Source of the DNA: Rhodocyclaceae bacterium
GTDB taxonomy: Bacteria; Pseudomonadota; Gammaproteobacteria; Burkholderiales; Rhodocyclaceae
DNA length: 64,000 nucleotides
Reading direction: 5' to 3'
Assembly (NCBI GenBank): GCA_041311015.1
Contig: JBFYKG010000001.1
Location: 1,103-65,102, forward strand
How positions within the stretch are numbered: position 1 is the first letter of the stretch; every line of letters starts with the position of its first letter. A model generated the notes under the pieces. The model did not search any database, was not told the DNA's origin, and saw only the letters and a list, made by a program, of their open reading frames with translations. Made by a program: the position numbers and the translations under genes. Positions 26,712 to 37,172 of the stretch are shown here, in pieces.

Positions 26712-28763
26712 ATGAGTGAGTACGTCCTCTTCGAGGAAGGCGGCAGCTTTCGCGCGGCCACCATCCAGACGGATCAGAACACGACCCTGCAGGTCGAGCT
26801 GCCGGGTGGCAAGCGACAGAAGCTGAAATCTGCCCAAGTGCTGCTCCGTTTCAAGGACCCGTCACCCGCGCAGCTCTTGCCGATGGCCGAACCCCTAGCG
26901 GCGGATATGGATCCGGCCTTTCTGTGGGAATGTGCCCCCGAAACCGAATTTTCAATCGGTGATCTCGCCGCCGATTACTACGGCCACGCCCCATCGGCGA
27001 CGGAGCATGCTGCCTTGCTGTTGGCCCTGCACAATGCACCCGTTTACTTCCACCGTCGCGGTAAGGGCATCTTCCGGCGCGCGCCGCCCGATATCCTGAA
27101 GGCGGCGCTGGCCGGGCAGGAAAAAAAACGCCTGCAGGCCGAGGCCATCGAGCGCATGGCGGGTGAGCTCGTTGCAGGCACGCTGCCGGCTGAACTGGCC
27201 GACCAGATCGAATCCCTGCTGGTGCAGCCCGACCGGAACCGACTGGAAGTCAAAGCCTTTGAGGCTGCCTGCGCCGAAACCAAGGAATCGCCCGCAGCGT
27301 TGCTTTTGCGTTGTGGCGCCTTTCCCGATGCCTATCACTGGCACTACCGGCGCTTTGTGGCCGAACGATTCCCCAGGGGTACCGGCTTCCCGGCGCTGCC
27401 TGAACCGGCCTCGCCGGGTGATCTGCCATTGGCCGATGTACAGGCCATCTCGATTGACGACGCCAATACCACTGAAATTGACGATGCACTGTCCGTCATG
27501 CGTCTGCCGGGTATCGGCTGGCGATTTGGTATTCACATTGCAGCGCCGGGTCTGGGCATTCTGCCGGGATCGGCCCACGATGGTGTGGCCCGCGCCCGGC
27601 TGTCGACCGTATACATGCCCGGCCACAAGATCACGATGTTGCCCGATGATCTGGTGACGCGCTTCACACTGGCTGCTGGCCAGACCTGTCCGGCAGTCTC
27701 GCTCTACATCACCACCGACGAACAGTTCGACATCCTGAATCACGAGTCACGCGTTGAGCGCGTACCCATTGTGGCGAATCTGCGCCTGCACGAGATCGAG
27801 CCCCACATGGACACCGAGGCGCTCAACCGGGGCGAAACGCCGTCCTGTGCCCATGGCGATACCCTGCTCACCCTGTGGCGATTCGCCGGCGCCTGTGCCG
27901 GGCGTCGCGGTAAGCCGGCCACCCAGGCCGGGTTGCATGACTACCATTACCAGATTGACGGGCCGCTGCATGACAAGACCAGTGGCGCGATCCTGGACCC
28001 GGCCGCCTGCCGCGTGCACATCGAGGCCCGCAAGCGCGGCAGCCCCGTCGATATGCTGGTGGCCGAACTGATGATTCTGGCCAATGCCACCTGGGGGCAA
28101 CTGCTGGCCGATCACAACGTGCCCGGCCTGTATCGTGGCCAGGTGGCGGGCAAGGTCCGCATGACGACCTCGGCGCTCCCGCACGAGGGGCTGGGCGTGG
28201 CCTGCTACGCCTGGAGCACCTCGCCGTTACGGCGTTATGCCGACCTGATCAATCAGTGGCAACTGATTGCCGTGCTGACCGGCAAGCCGGCGCCATTTGT
28301 GCCCCGTTCACCCGAACTATTTGCGGCCATGCGCGACTTTGATCTGACGTATTCCGGTTATGCCGACTTCCAGCGCCGAATGGAACGCTACTGGTGTCTG
28401 CGCTGGCTGCAACAAACAGGCACGACCCAGTGCGAGGGTACGCTCATGCGTCATGCACCGAATGTGCGGGTGGATGGCCTGCCGCTGGTGGTAGCCGTAC
28501 CGTCTGCACCCGCACTACCGCCGGGCAGCCGTATCCGCCTGAGCCTGGCCGAATCCGACCTGCTGGAACTCTCGGTCCAGACCCGCTTCGAGTCGATTCT
28601 CAGTGCCGATGCGGCCGATACCGGCGAGGATCTGGAAATCCTGGATGAGGTCGACGTTGAAGATGCTCTGGTCGATGCCGAAGAGGCCGAAGCCACCGCA
28701 GAGAGCCCAGCAGATCCGTCGACAGAAACTACGCCCGTCGAAAACCCCGGTGCCGTTCACTGA
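26712..28763 (+). CDS. RNB-domain ribonuclease (RNase II family)
   Basis: SIDDANTTEIDDALS, VAELMILAN and TSPLRRYADL motifs. Confidence 0.9.
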   Translation: MSEYVLFEEGGSFRAATIQTDQNTTLQVELPGGKRQKLKSAQVLLRFKDPSPAQLLPMAEPLAADMDPAFLWECAPETEFSIGDLAADYYGHAPSATEHAALLLALHNAPVYFHRRGKGIFRRAPPDILKAALAGQEKKRLQAEAIERMAGELVAGTLPAELADQIESLLVQPDRNRLEVKAFEAACAETKESPAALLLRCGAFPDAYHWHYRRFVAERFPRGTGFPALPEPASPGDLPLADVQAISIDDANTTEIDDALSVMRLPGIGWRFGIHIAAPGLGILPGSAHDGVARARLSTVYMPGHKITMLPDDLVTRFTLAAGQTCPAVSLYITTDEQFDILNHESRVERVPIVANLRLHEIEPHMDTEALNRGETPSCAHGDTLLTLWRFAGACAGRRGKPATQAGLHDYHYQIDGPLHDKTSGAILDPAACRVHIEARKRGSPVDMLVAELMILANATWGQLLADHNVPGLYRGQVAGKVRMTTSALPHEGLGVACYAWSTSPLRRYADLINQWQLIAVLTGKPAPFVPRSPELFAAMRDFDLTYSGYADFQRRMERYWCLRWLQQTGTTQCEGTLMRHAPNVRVDGLPLVVAVPSAPALPPGSRIRLSLAESDLLELSVQTRFESILSADAADTGEDLEILDEVDVEDALVDAEEAEATAESPADPSTETTPVENPGAVH

Positions 28764-28792
28764 CACCCCTGCGCTGCGACTACAATAGCGCC

Positions 28793-29560
28793 ATGACCGT
28801 GGCGCCCCCCACTCCGCAACCGCCCGAGGATCAGGAACACTGGGTCCCCAAACCACTCGGCTGGCGGCTGATTTTCAGCGATCGCCTGCTGTGGATGGCG
28901 ATCGGGGCCTCGTTCATCGTGCACCTGTTCCTGCTGGCCCCGCAGTACGGTATCAAGATCCCCCAGCGGGGCGATAAATCCTTGTGGGTCTCATTCCGGT
29001 CGCTTAGCCAACCGATGACACGCAAGACGCCGGCACCCAAGGTCGCCGTAGAAAGCAGCACCCGCGAAACCCCCAAACAAGAGGCCCGCGAACGCGTTAC
29101 GCGGCCCGAGGCAGCGACCCGTGCGACAAGCCCACAGATCAAAGCCCCGCCCGCCGATGCGACGCCACAGAATAGCGCCCCGTCCACGAGCGCGGCATCG
29201 ACCGGCGGCCGACGCGTCACACTCACCCCGGGCATGAAGGATTACCGCTACAGCCAGTATCTGGAAGACTGGCGGCGCAAGGTCGAGCGCATCGGCGCCA
29301 TGAATTACCCGGACGAAGCCCGGGGTAAATTTTTCGGATCCCTCGTGATGTCGGTGGCCTTACGTCCCGATGGCAGCATCGACCGGATCGTTATCGTCCG
29401 CTCATCCGGTAACAAGGTGCTCGATGATGCCGCCAGGCGTATCGTGACGATGGCAGCTCCCTTTGCCCCTTTCCCGCCGGATATCCGCAAGGAAACCGAC
29501 TACCTCGATATCACGCGCACCTGGAACTTTACCCGGGGCGATGCACTGGAAACACGATGA
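28793..29560 (+). CDS. TonB-family protein
   Basis: TM segment SFIVH, Pro/Ala/Thr-rich linker, C-terminal YLEDWRRKVERIG.NYP...RSSG...LDDAA; conserved position before aroE. Confidence 0.85.
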   Translation: MTVAPPTPQPPEDQEHWVPKPLGWRLIFSDRLLWMAIGASFIVHLFLLAPQYGIKIPQRGDKSLWVSFRSLSQPMTRKTPAPKVAVESSTRETPKQEARERVTRPEAATRATSPQIKAPPADATPQNSAPSTSAASTGGRRVTLTPGMKDYRYSQYLEDWRRKVERIGAMNYPDEARGKFFGSLVMSVALRPDGSIDRIVIVRSSGNKVLDDAARRIVTMAAPFAPFPPDIRKETDYLDITRTWNFTRGDALETR

Positions 29561-30426
29561 GCACCATTCACTCCATCGACCGTTATGCCGTGATCGGCCA
29601 CCCGATCAGCCACTCGCTCTCGCCGGTCATCCACGCGGCCTTCGCTACCCAGACCGGCCAGCATCTCACGTATGAGGCCATCGACGTCGCCCCGGCAACA
29701 TTGGACGCCATGCTGTCGCAACTGCCGGCCACCGGTTATCGCGGCATCAACATCACGGTGCCGCACAAGGAAACTGCGTGGGCTTATGCGCAGCAACACG
29801 GCCAACTCACCGAACGCGCACGGCTGGCGGGTGCCATCAACACGCTGGCCTGGCGTGATGACGGTTTGCTGGGTGATAACACCGATGGCCAGGGCCTACT
29901 GAACGATCTGCAGCAACGCCACGGTCTGGATCTTTCGGGCAAGAAAATTCTCCTCCTGGGCGCCGGCGGCGCATCGCGCGGGGTGATCCTGCCCCTGCTG
30001 GCCGCAAAGCCGGCGGCACTGGTCATCGCTAACCGGTCCGCCGACAAGGCACACGCGCTGGCCACGCTGTTTGCGCCCCACGCCGGATCGATCCGCCTTA
30101 CGGGCTGTGGGCTCAATGCGCTTGGCACACTCGATCACGGTGACTTTGATCTGGTCATTAATGCCACCAGCGCCAGCCTTGGTGGCGAGGCGGTCGCCCT
30201 CCCGGACGGGACGCTCTCCAGGGATGCCTTTGCCTACGACATGATGTACAGCAAAGCGCTCACCCCCTTTCTGGAAGCCCAGCAGCGCGCAGGCATCAAG
30301 AAACTGGCTGATGGCCTGGGCATGCTGGTCGAGCAGGCGGCCGTTGCCTTTAGCTTGTGGCGTGGCGTGACACCGGCCACCGAACCGATTTATCACACCT
30401 TGCGCGAACGGCTCGCGCGGCACTAG
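29557..30426 (+). CDS. aroE: Shikimate dehydrogenase
   Basis: GHPISHSLSP, NITVPHK, GDNTDG and GAGGASR motifs. Confidence 0.95.
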   Translation: MSTIHSIDRYAVIGHPISHSLSPVIHAAFATQTGQHLTYEAIDVAPATLDAMLSQLPATGYRGINITVPHKETAWAYAQQHGQLTERARLAGAINTLAWRDDGLLGDNTDGQGLLNDLQQRHGLDLSGKKILLLGAGGASRGVILPLLAAKPAALVIANRSADKAHALATLFAPHAGSIRLTGCGLNALGTLDHGDFDLVINATSASLGGEAVALPDGTLSRDAFAYDMMYSKALTPFLEAQQRAGIKKLADGLGMLVEQAAVAFSLWRGVTPATEPIYHTLRERLARH

Positions 30427-30442
30427 GCGGCCGAAGCTCCGC

Positions 30443-31153
30443 ATGATGGCGCCACGCAAAACCCGTTGGTGGATCCGTATCCCACTGGTACTGCTCGGCG
30501 TGCTGCTGGGCATCCAGCTCTGGTTTTTCGGCTGGGTCCTCATCTGGCGAATCACCGAGCCCGGCCCAACCCAGTTCATGCGCATCCGGCTCGATGAGTT
30601 ACAGCGCAAGAACCCGGGCGCGCATCTGCAACACACCTGGGTCCCTTACGGCCAGATCGCCACCAGCCTGAAGCGGGCGCTGATCGCGGCAGAAGACAGC
30701 AAGTTCATGCAGCATCAGGGCTTCGATCTGGATGGGATCCAGAAAGCACTCGAGAAAAACGAAAAACGTGGCCGCATCGCGGCCGGCGGCTCGACCATCA
30801 CGCAGCAGCTCGCGAAGAACCTTTTTCTATGGCCGGAGAAGAGCCTGCTGCGCAAGGGCGAAGAAGCCATCATCACCGTGATGATCGAAGCCACATGGAG
30901 TAAGCGCCGTATCCTCGAGGTCTACATGAATGAGATCGAATGGGGCACCGGCATCTTTGGTGCCGAGGCGGCGGCACGCCACTATTTTGGCGTCTCGGCG
31001 GCCGAGCTGAGCGACTATCAGGCCGCCATGCTGGCTTCCATGGTGCCCAGCCCACAGTACTACGACCGCAAGGGCGAAACCGAAGGGCTGCTTCGGCAGA
31101 CCGAGGTGATTCTGGAACGCATGAACAAGGTGGCGATTCCGCCAAACCGCTGA
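30443..31153 (+). CDS. mtgA: Monofunctional peptidoglycan transglycosylase
   Basis: AAEDSKFMQHQGFD, GGSTITQQLAKNLFL and RKGEE motifs. Confidence 0.95.
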   Translation: MMAPRKTRWWIRIPLVLLGVLLGIQLWFFGWVLIWRITEPGPTQFMRIRLDELQRKNPGAHLQHTWVPYGQIATSLKRALIAAEDSKFMQHQGFDLDGIQKALEKNEKRGRIAAGGSTITQQLAKNLFLWPEKSLLRKGEEAIITVMIEATWSKRRILEVYMNEIEWGTGIFGAEAAARHYFGVSAAELSDYQAAMLASMVPSPQYYDRKGETEGLLRQTEVILERMNKVAIPPNR

Positions 31154-31181
31154 CGCGTGCGGTCGCTTAAATCAGCGGCGG

Positions 31182-31736
31182 TCAATCCAGATAGGTCCGC
31201 GCTTCTTCAAAGCGCGTTGCAAACCAACCCTGGTCCAGACGATCGATTCGGACCTTGCCGCGACTATTGGGCGCATGGACAAAGCGCTGGTCGCCGATGT
31301 AAATCCCGACATGCGAATACCGGAAACCCTGGGTATCAAAAAACACCAGATCACCGGGCCGAATCGCCGCAGGCGTAATTTCTTTTCCGCGCTTCGCCAT
31401 ATCTCGGGCACTGCCTTTAAGCGGGTAATCGGCGGCTTGCTTATAAAGCCAGGTCACCATGCCGCTGCAATCCACCCCGGCCTCGGGATTCTTGCCACCA
31501 AACCGGTAGCCGGTATCGATCAGGTGCATGGCCATGATCATCACTTCCTGGCCCTGTGGCCCGGGCGCCAGATTATCGGCCCCAAAGCGGGTGATGCCCC
31601 GTTTGCCGCCTGTGCTGCTGCACCCTGCCAGCAACAGCGTCAGCGCGCCTAGCCGCAAGAAATCCCGGCGCGCCAGGCAACAATCTCCGTAATCGCCACA
31701 GTCCGGCAAGGGTCGCAGAGTCGGTCGGATCATCAT
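31182..31736 (-). CDS. NlpC/P60 (C40) peptidase lipoprotein
   Basis: GVDCSG, GDLVFF, SHVGIY and FVHA motifs; LAGC lipobox; start uncertain. Confidence 0.9.
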   Translation of the reverse strand: MMIRPTLRPLPDCGDYGDCCLARRDFLRLGALTLLLAGCSSTGGKRGITRFGADNLAPGPQGQEVMIMAMHLIDTGYRFGGKNPEAGVDCSGMVTWLYKQAADYPLKGSARDMAKRGKEITPAAIRPGDLVFFDTQGFRYSHVGIYIGDQRFVHAPNSRGKVRIDRLDQGWFATRFEEARTYLD

Positions 31737-31769
31737 ATGATTCGATTTTATCTTTCTTCCGGAACTTCC

Positions 31770-33230
31770 ATGCCGCTTTCGCGAATCAAAGACCGCAGCC
31801 TGCTCCAGTCGGGGTCATACATCAATGGCCAATGGGTGCAAACCGGCCGCACTTTTGCCGTTCGTGATCCGGGCACCGGCCAGACCCTCGCCGAAATCTG
31901 CAATGCGGGCGCGGATGAAACTCGACTCGCCATCGATGCGGCTGAGGCAGCTTTCCCAGCCTGGCGCGCGCAAACAGCGCGCGTGCGCTCGACGGCACTG
32001 CGCCGCTGGTTTGAGCTGATTCAGCAAAATGCCGATGACTTGGCCACCATGATTACCGCTGAAGGCGGCAAACCGCTCGCGGAAGGTGTCGGCGAAGTGG
32101 CTTATGCGGCGTCCTTTGTCGAGTGGTTTGCCGAAGAGGGGCGCCGGGCCTATGGCGAGATCGTGCCGGCCAACACCACGGACAAACGGATTCTGGTCAC
32201 GCGTGAACCGGTGGGCGTCTGCGCCGCCATTACGCCCTGGAACTTTCCGGCAGCGATGATTACGCGCAAGGTGGCGCCGGCGATTGCGGTCGGTTGCACA
32301 GCCGTCGTGAAACCGGCCGAGCAGACACCCATCACGGCACTGGCCCTAGCCGTTCTGGCCGAACGCGCCGGGATCCCGCCCGGTGTTTTCAATGTCGTGA
32401 CCGGTGATGCCGATGCGGCGGCCATCATTGGTGGCACGCTGACTGCTGACATGCGTGTCCGCAAGCTCTCCTTCACTGGCTCCACGCAGGTCGGCCGCCT
32501 GCTGATGGCGGAATCTGCACCGTCACTCAAACGCCTCTCGATGGAGTTGGGTGGCAATGCCCCCTTCATCGTGTTTGAAGACGCCGATCTGGATGCGGCT
32601 GTCACCGGCGCCATCGCCTGCAAATTCCGTAACAGCGGCCAGGTCTGCGTATCTGTGAACCGCTTTCTGGTTCACGAAAGTGTGATGGCCGCCTTCGCCG
32701 AAAAACTCACCGCCAAGGTTGCCACGCTACCGGTGGGCTATGGTTTTGACAAAGACGTCCAGGTAGGCCCACTCATCGATTTGGCCGGCCTCGAAAAAGT
32801 CGAAGCTCTGGTGGCTGATGCGGTCGCCAAAGGCGCGACTGTTGTCTGCGGCGGCCAGCGCGATCCCCGTGGCGGTCTCTATTACCAGCCCACCGTCATA
32901 AAGGGGGTTCGCGAAGACATGCGCATGATGCACGAAGAAATCTTCGGGCCGGTAGCGCCGCTCTTTTCGTTCAAGACCGAGGCCGAGGCCCTGCGCCTGG
33001 CAAATGCCACCGAGTTCGGTCTGGCGTCCTACTTCTACACCCGCGATGCCGCGCGCATCTTCCGGGTTTCGGAAGGGCTGGAATACGGCATGGTCGGCGT
33101 GAATACGGGCATGATGTCGAGCGAGGTTGCCCCGTTTGGCGGGATCAAGCAATCCGGCTTTGGCCGTGAAGGCTCACAACACGGCATCGACGAGTACCTG
33201 TCCTACAAATACACCTGCCTTGGTCTATAA
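31770..33230 (+). CDS. gabD: NADP-dependent succinate-semialdehyde dehydrogenase
   Basis: ITPWNFPAAMITRK, SFTGST, ELGGNAP, KFRNSGQVC and EEIFGP motifs. Confidence 0.92.
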   Translation: MPLSRIKDRSLLQSGSYINGQWVQTGRTFAVRDPGTGQTLAEICNAGADETRLAIDAAEAAFPAWRAQTARVRSTALRRWFELIQQNADDLATMITAEGGKPLAEGVGEVAYAASFVEWFAEEGRRAYGEIVPANTTDKRILVTREPVGVCAAITPWNFPAAMITRKVAPAIAVGCTAVVKPAEQTPITALALAVLAERAGIPPGVFNVVTGDADAAAIIGGTLTADMRVRKLSFTGSTQVGRLLMAESAPSLKRLSMELGGNAPFIVFEDADLDAAVTGAIACKFRNSGQVCVSVNRFLVHESVMAAFAEKLTAKVATLPVGYGFDKDVQVGPLIDLAGLEKVEALVADAVAKGATVVCGGQRDPRGGLYYQPTVIKGVREDMRMMHEEIFGPVAPLFSFKTEAEALRLANATEFGLASYFYTRDAARIFRVSEGLEYGMVGVNTGMMSSEVAPFGGIKQSGFGREGSQHGIDEYLSYKYTCLGL

Positions 33231-34685
33231 CAAGACAATATCGTACTGTTCGGGTCCGTAACCCGACTCTCCCTGAAGGGAGATCGGCTTGCCAATGAAA
33301 TCCGAGGCCATCGCCAGCGCCTGATGTTCTTCTTCGAGGAACACATCCACCACTTTCTGGCTGGCGATGACCCGGTATTCTCGCGCCACAAACTGGCGTG
33401 ACTCACGCACCAGTTCGCGCAGGATCTCGTAGCAGACGGTCCGGGCCGTCTTGACCTGACCACGACCGTCACAGGTGGGGCAGGTTTCGCACAGCACACG
33501 GGCCAGTGACTCACGGGTCCGCTTGCGGGTCATTTCGACCAGACCCAGCGCCGTAAATCCATTGACCGTCATCCGCATGTGATCCCGACTGAGGCATTTA
33601 CGTAGCTCGACGAGCACGGCTTCCTGATGGTCCGGCTGATCCATGTCGATGAAGTCGAGGATGATGATGCCCCCGAGGTTACGCAAACGAAGCTGGCGCG
33701 CGATCGCCTGCGCTGCCTCAAGGTTCGTTTTGAAAACGGTTTCATCGAAGTTGCGTACGCCGACAAACCCGCCGGTGTTCACGTCGACGGTGGTCATGGC
33801 TTCGGTCTGATCGATGATCAGATAGCCGCCGGATTTAAGATCCACCCGGCGGGAGAGCGCCCGCTGGATTTCTTCTTCAACCCCGTAGAGGTCAAAGAGG
33901 GTCCGGTCATCGTTGTAATGTTCGAGCAGGCCGACAATGCCCGGCATGTAGACGCCCGCGAATTCCTGCAGTTTCTGGAAGGTCTCGCGTGAGTCCACCA
34001 GAATCCGTTCGGTTTCCGGATTGGCAAAATCACGCAGGACCCGCTGGGCCAGCGACAGATCCTGGTAGATCAGCGACGGCACGGGCGCCGTCGTAGTCTG
34101 TTGCTTCAGATCTGCCCAGAGTTTGCGCAGATAAACGATATCGTCCTGCAGCGAGGATTCGTCCGCGGTTTCGGCAATGGTCCGCAGGATAAAGCCGCCG
34201 GGCTCATCCTGCGGCACCAGCCGGGTCAGGCGTTCGCGCAAGGCATCACGCTCCGCCTCATCAATCCGCTGCGAAATGCCGATGTGCTTTTCATGGGGCA
34301 GATACACCAGCATGCGGCCGGCGATCGATACCTGCGTCGAGAGCCGCGCCCCCTTGGTGCCGATCGGGTCTTTGATCACCTGGACCAGCAGCGTCTGTCC
34401 TTCGCTGAGCACATTTTCAATAGGCTGGGTTTCACGCGTGGCCGGTTCGCCGATGCGCGCCTGCCAGATATCAGCGACATGCAGGAAGGCGCTGCGCTCC
34501 AAGCCAATATCGACAAAGGCCGATTGCATACCCGGCAGGATCCGCATGACCTTGCCCAGGTAGATATTGCCGACGAGCCCGCGGGTGGCATGTCGTTCGA
34601 TGTGCAATTCCTGCACCACCCCCTGCTCCAGGATGGCGACACGCGTCTCCTGCGGGGTGAAATTAATGAGGATACTTTCGGCCAT
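33225..34685 (-). CDS. rng: Ribonuclease G
   Basis: GNIYLGKV.RILPGMQSAFVDIG, DVNTG and LRNLGGIIILDFIDM; 486 aa. Confidence 0.95.
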   Translation of the reverse strand: MAESILINFTPQETRVAILEQGVVQELHIERHATRGLVGNIYLGKVMRILPGMQSAFVDIGLERSAFLHVADIWQARIGEPATRETQPIENVLSEGQTLLVQVIKDPIGTKGARLSTQVSIAGRMLVYLPHEKHIGISQRIDEAERDALRERLTRLVPQDEPGGFILRTIAETADESSLQDDIVYLRKLWADLKQQTTTAPVPSLIYQDLSLAQRVLRDFANPETERILVDSRETFQKLQEFAGVYMPGIVGLLEHYNDDRTLFDLYGVEEEIQRALSRRVDLKSGGYLIIDQTEAMTTVDVNTGGFVGVRNFDETVFKTNLEAAQAIARQLRLRNLGGIIILDFIDMDQPDHQEAVLVELRKCLSRDHMRMTVNGFTALGLVEMTRKRTRESLARVLCETCPTCDGRGQVKTARTVCYEILRELVRESRQFVAREYRVIASQKVVDVFLEEEHQALAMASDFIGKPISLQGESGYGPEQYDIVLL

Positions 34686-34719
34686 GGGTAAAATACGTCC
34701 TAAACAACCTCATTCTACT

Positions 34720-36054
34720 ATGTCGAACCCCACAGAACTCCTCGCCCCGGCCGGCTCGCTGACCATGATGCGCACCGCCTTTGCCTTTGGTGCCGATGCC
34801 GTCTATGCCGGGCAGCCGCGCTACAGCCTGCGTGTCCGCAATAACGAATTCAGCACACTGGAAGCCCTCAAGGAGGGCATCGACGAGGCGCACGCCCGAC
34901 AGAAGACCTTTTATGTGGTCAGCAACATTTCGCCGCATAACGCCAAGCTCAAAACCTATCTGGATGATATGGCGCCCGTCGTGGCTCTCAAGCCCGATGC
35001 CCTAATCATGGCCGACCCGGGCCTAATCGACATGGTGCGCGAGCGTTTTCCGGAGATGCCGATCCATCTGTCGGTACAAGCCAACACCGTCAACTGGGCC
35101 ACCGTCCGCTTCTGGGGCAAGATGGGGATCAGCCGTGTGATCCTGTCACGCGAACTCTCGCTCGACGAAGTGGCCGAGATCCGCCAGCGCTGCCCGGAGA
35201 TGGAGCTCGAGGTTTTCGTGCACGGCGCGCTATGCATTGCCTATTCCGGCCGTTGCCTGCTCTCGGGTTATTTCAATCACCGGGATCCGAATCAGGGCAC
35301 CTGCACCAACTCCTGCCGCTGGGACTACAAGCTCAAGCCAGATGCCGAGGCTGAAGCCACACCGGGCATGACCGGCAACACGCTGCCGCCCATGGTCATT
35401 GAAGAATCGACCCGTGTCGGCGAACAGATGCCGATCGAGGAAGATGAGCACGGCACCTATATTCTCAATTCGCGCGACTTGCGGGCCATTGAACACGTCG
35501 AGCGCCTGATCGAGATCGGCGTGGATTCCCTCAAAATCGAAGGCCGCACCAAGTCCCCGTATTACGTGGCCCGGACCTGCCAGTCGTACCGTCGCGCCAT
35601 TGATGATGCCAAGGCCGGCCGCCCTTTCAACCCCAACCTGCTGGGGGAGCTAGAAGGCCTGGCCAACCGGGGGTACACCGATGGTTTCTACCAGCGTCAC
35701 CATGATGCCGATACGCAGAACTATCTGCGCGGTTATTCGGAATCCGGTCGCAGCCAGTACGCCGGCGATGTGGTGTGGGATGCCGAACGCAACGCGGTAC
35801 GCATTGACGTGCGCAACCGTTTTGTCGTGGGCGACTGGGTGGAAGTCATCCACCCGACCGGTAACCGGATCGTGCAGATCACCTCGCTGACCGGCCGCGA
35901 GGGTGAATCGGTCGACGTGGGCCGCGGCATTGGCCATGCGGTGTGGGTCACCGGCGACAGCTGGTCGGCCAACGATGACGGCGCGTATCTTGCGCGGCTC
36001 ATTGAAACCCCCTCGGACGACATGATCGCTGCCGCCCCGCCGGCGAGCCGTTAA
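34720..36054 (+). CDS. trhP: tRNA 5-hydroxyuridine modification protein (U32 family, YegQ)
   Basis: ELLAPAG, YAGQPRYSLRVRN, HGALCIAYSGRCLLS, GTCTNSCRW and SLKIEGRTKS motifs. Confidence 0.92.
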   Translation: MSNPTELLAPAGSLTMMRTAFAFGADAVYAGQPRYSLRVRNNEFSTLEALKEGIDEAHARQKTFYVVSNISPHNAKLKTYLDDMAPVVALKPDALIMADPGLIDMVRERFPEMPIHLSVQANTVNWATVRFWGKMGISRVILSRELSLDEVAEIRQRCPEMELEVFVHGALCIAYSGRCLLSGYFNHRDPNQGTCTNSCRWDYKLKPDAEAEATPGMTGNTLPPMVIEESTRVGEQMPIEEDEHGTYILNSRDLRAIEHVERLIEIGVDSLKIEGRTKSPYYVARTCQSYRRAIDDAKAGRPFNPNLLGELEGLANRGYTDGFYQRHHDADTQNYLRGYSESGRSQYAGDVVWDAERNAVRIDVRNRFVVGDWVEVIHPTGNRIVQITSLTGREGESVDVGRGIGHAVWVTGDSWSANDDGAYLARLIETPSDDMIAAAPPASR

Positions 36055-36063
36055 ACAGCGCGC

Positions 36064-37167
36064 ATGCCGAGGATCCTGTTCGCCATCAGCGCACACGGAC
36101 TCGGTCACCTTGGTCAGGCGGCGCCTGTCTGCAATACCCTGCGGGCACAACGCCCCGACCTGGCCCTCACCCTCTGGAGCGCCCTGTCATCCGCGGCGCT
36201 CCACGACCGGATCGACGGCGCCTTTGAACACATCACCGCCCCCTGTGACCTCGGCTTTGTCATGCACGATGCCCTGCATGTCGATGTACCGGCAAGCTGG
36301 ATGCAGTATCGTGATCGCGAGGCCCGCTGGGCCGAAGCCCTGGAAGCGGCCTGCACGATCGTACGCGCCAGCCAACCCGATCTGATCGTCAGTGATGTCG
36401 GTGATATGCCGCTTGCGGCAGGACAGCGACTGGGCATCCCTACCATCGCCATGAGTTCACTGAACTGGGCCGATCTGGCGCGCCATTATTTTGAAGCCTT
36501 CCCTGGTAGTGATGCGGTGTTGCATCGGCTGGATGCGATCTACGCCCGAACCACGCTGGCACTGCGGCTCACGCCGGGCATGCCGATGCATGGCCAACGC
36601 GAGCAGATCCTGCCGCCAGTTGGCGCTCGCAGCCGCTTCGATCGTAGCGAACTCGATGCCTTGTTGACCCGGCATCTACCTTACCCGAACCAACCCCGTC
36701 TGCTCATCGGCATGGGCGGTATTGAAACCCGGCTGCCCTACCCACATTGGCCCGCACAGACCGAATACAACCTCATCATTGCCAATCAACCCGACTTGGC
36801 GCCCGAAGGCGACCCCGGTCGGGGCATCGTGAACGCCGACACACTCCGGCAGCGCGATGGTTTGAGCTTTACCGATCTGGTGGTGGCCAGCGATGTCGTG
36901 GTCTGCAAGCCGGGCTACGGCACCTTCGTTGAGGCCGCGCTGGCGAGCCGCCCGATGCTGTATGTGTGCCGTGAAGACTGGCCGGAGCAGGCCGTATTGG
37001 TTGCGTGGGTACAGGCCTACGCGCGCTGCCTTGAACTGAGCCCTGATGACCTCGCGGCCGGCCGGTTCCGAGCGGCATGCGATGCGCTGCTTGCACGCCC
37101 TGTGCCTAAACCCTTGCCGCAGGACGGCGCCACGCTGGCGGCACAGGAAATTCTGGCGCTGCTATAA
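36064..37167 (+). CDS. GT-B fold glycosyltransferase-like protein of unknown function
   Basis: ISAHGLGH near the N terminus and VVCKPGYGTFVEA. Confidence 0.7.
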   Translation: MPRILFAISAHGLGHLGQAAPVCNTLRAQRPDLALTLWSALSSAALHDRIDGAFEHITAPCDLGFVMHDALHVDVPASWMQYRDREARWAEALEAACTIVRASQPDLIVSDVGDMPLAAGQRLGIPTIAMSSLNWADLARHYFEAFPGSDAVLHRLDAIYARTTLALRLTPGMPMHGQREQILPPVGARSRFDRSELDALLTRHLPYPNQPRLLIGMGGIETRLPYPHWPAQTEYNLIIANQPDLAPEGDPGRGIVNADTLRQRDGLSFTDLVVASDVVVCKPGYGTFVEAALASRPMLYVCREDWPEQAVLVAWVQAYARCLELSPDDLAAGRFRAACDALLARPVPKPLPQDGATLAAQEILALL

Positions 37168-37172
37168 GGCGA

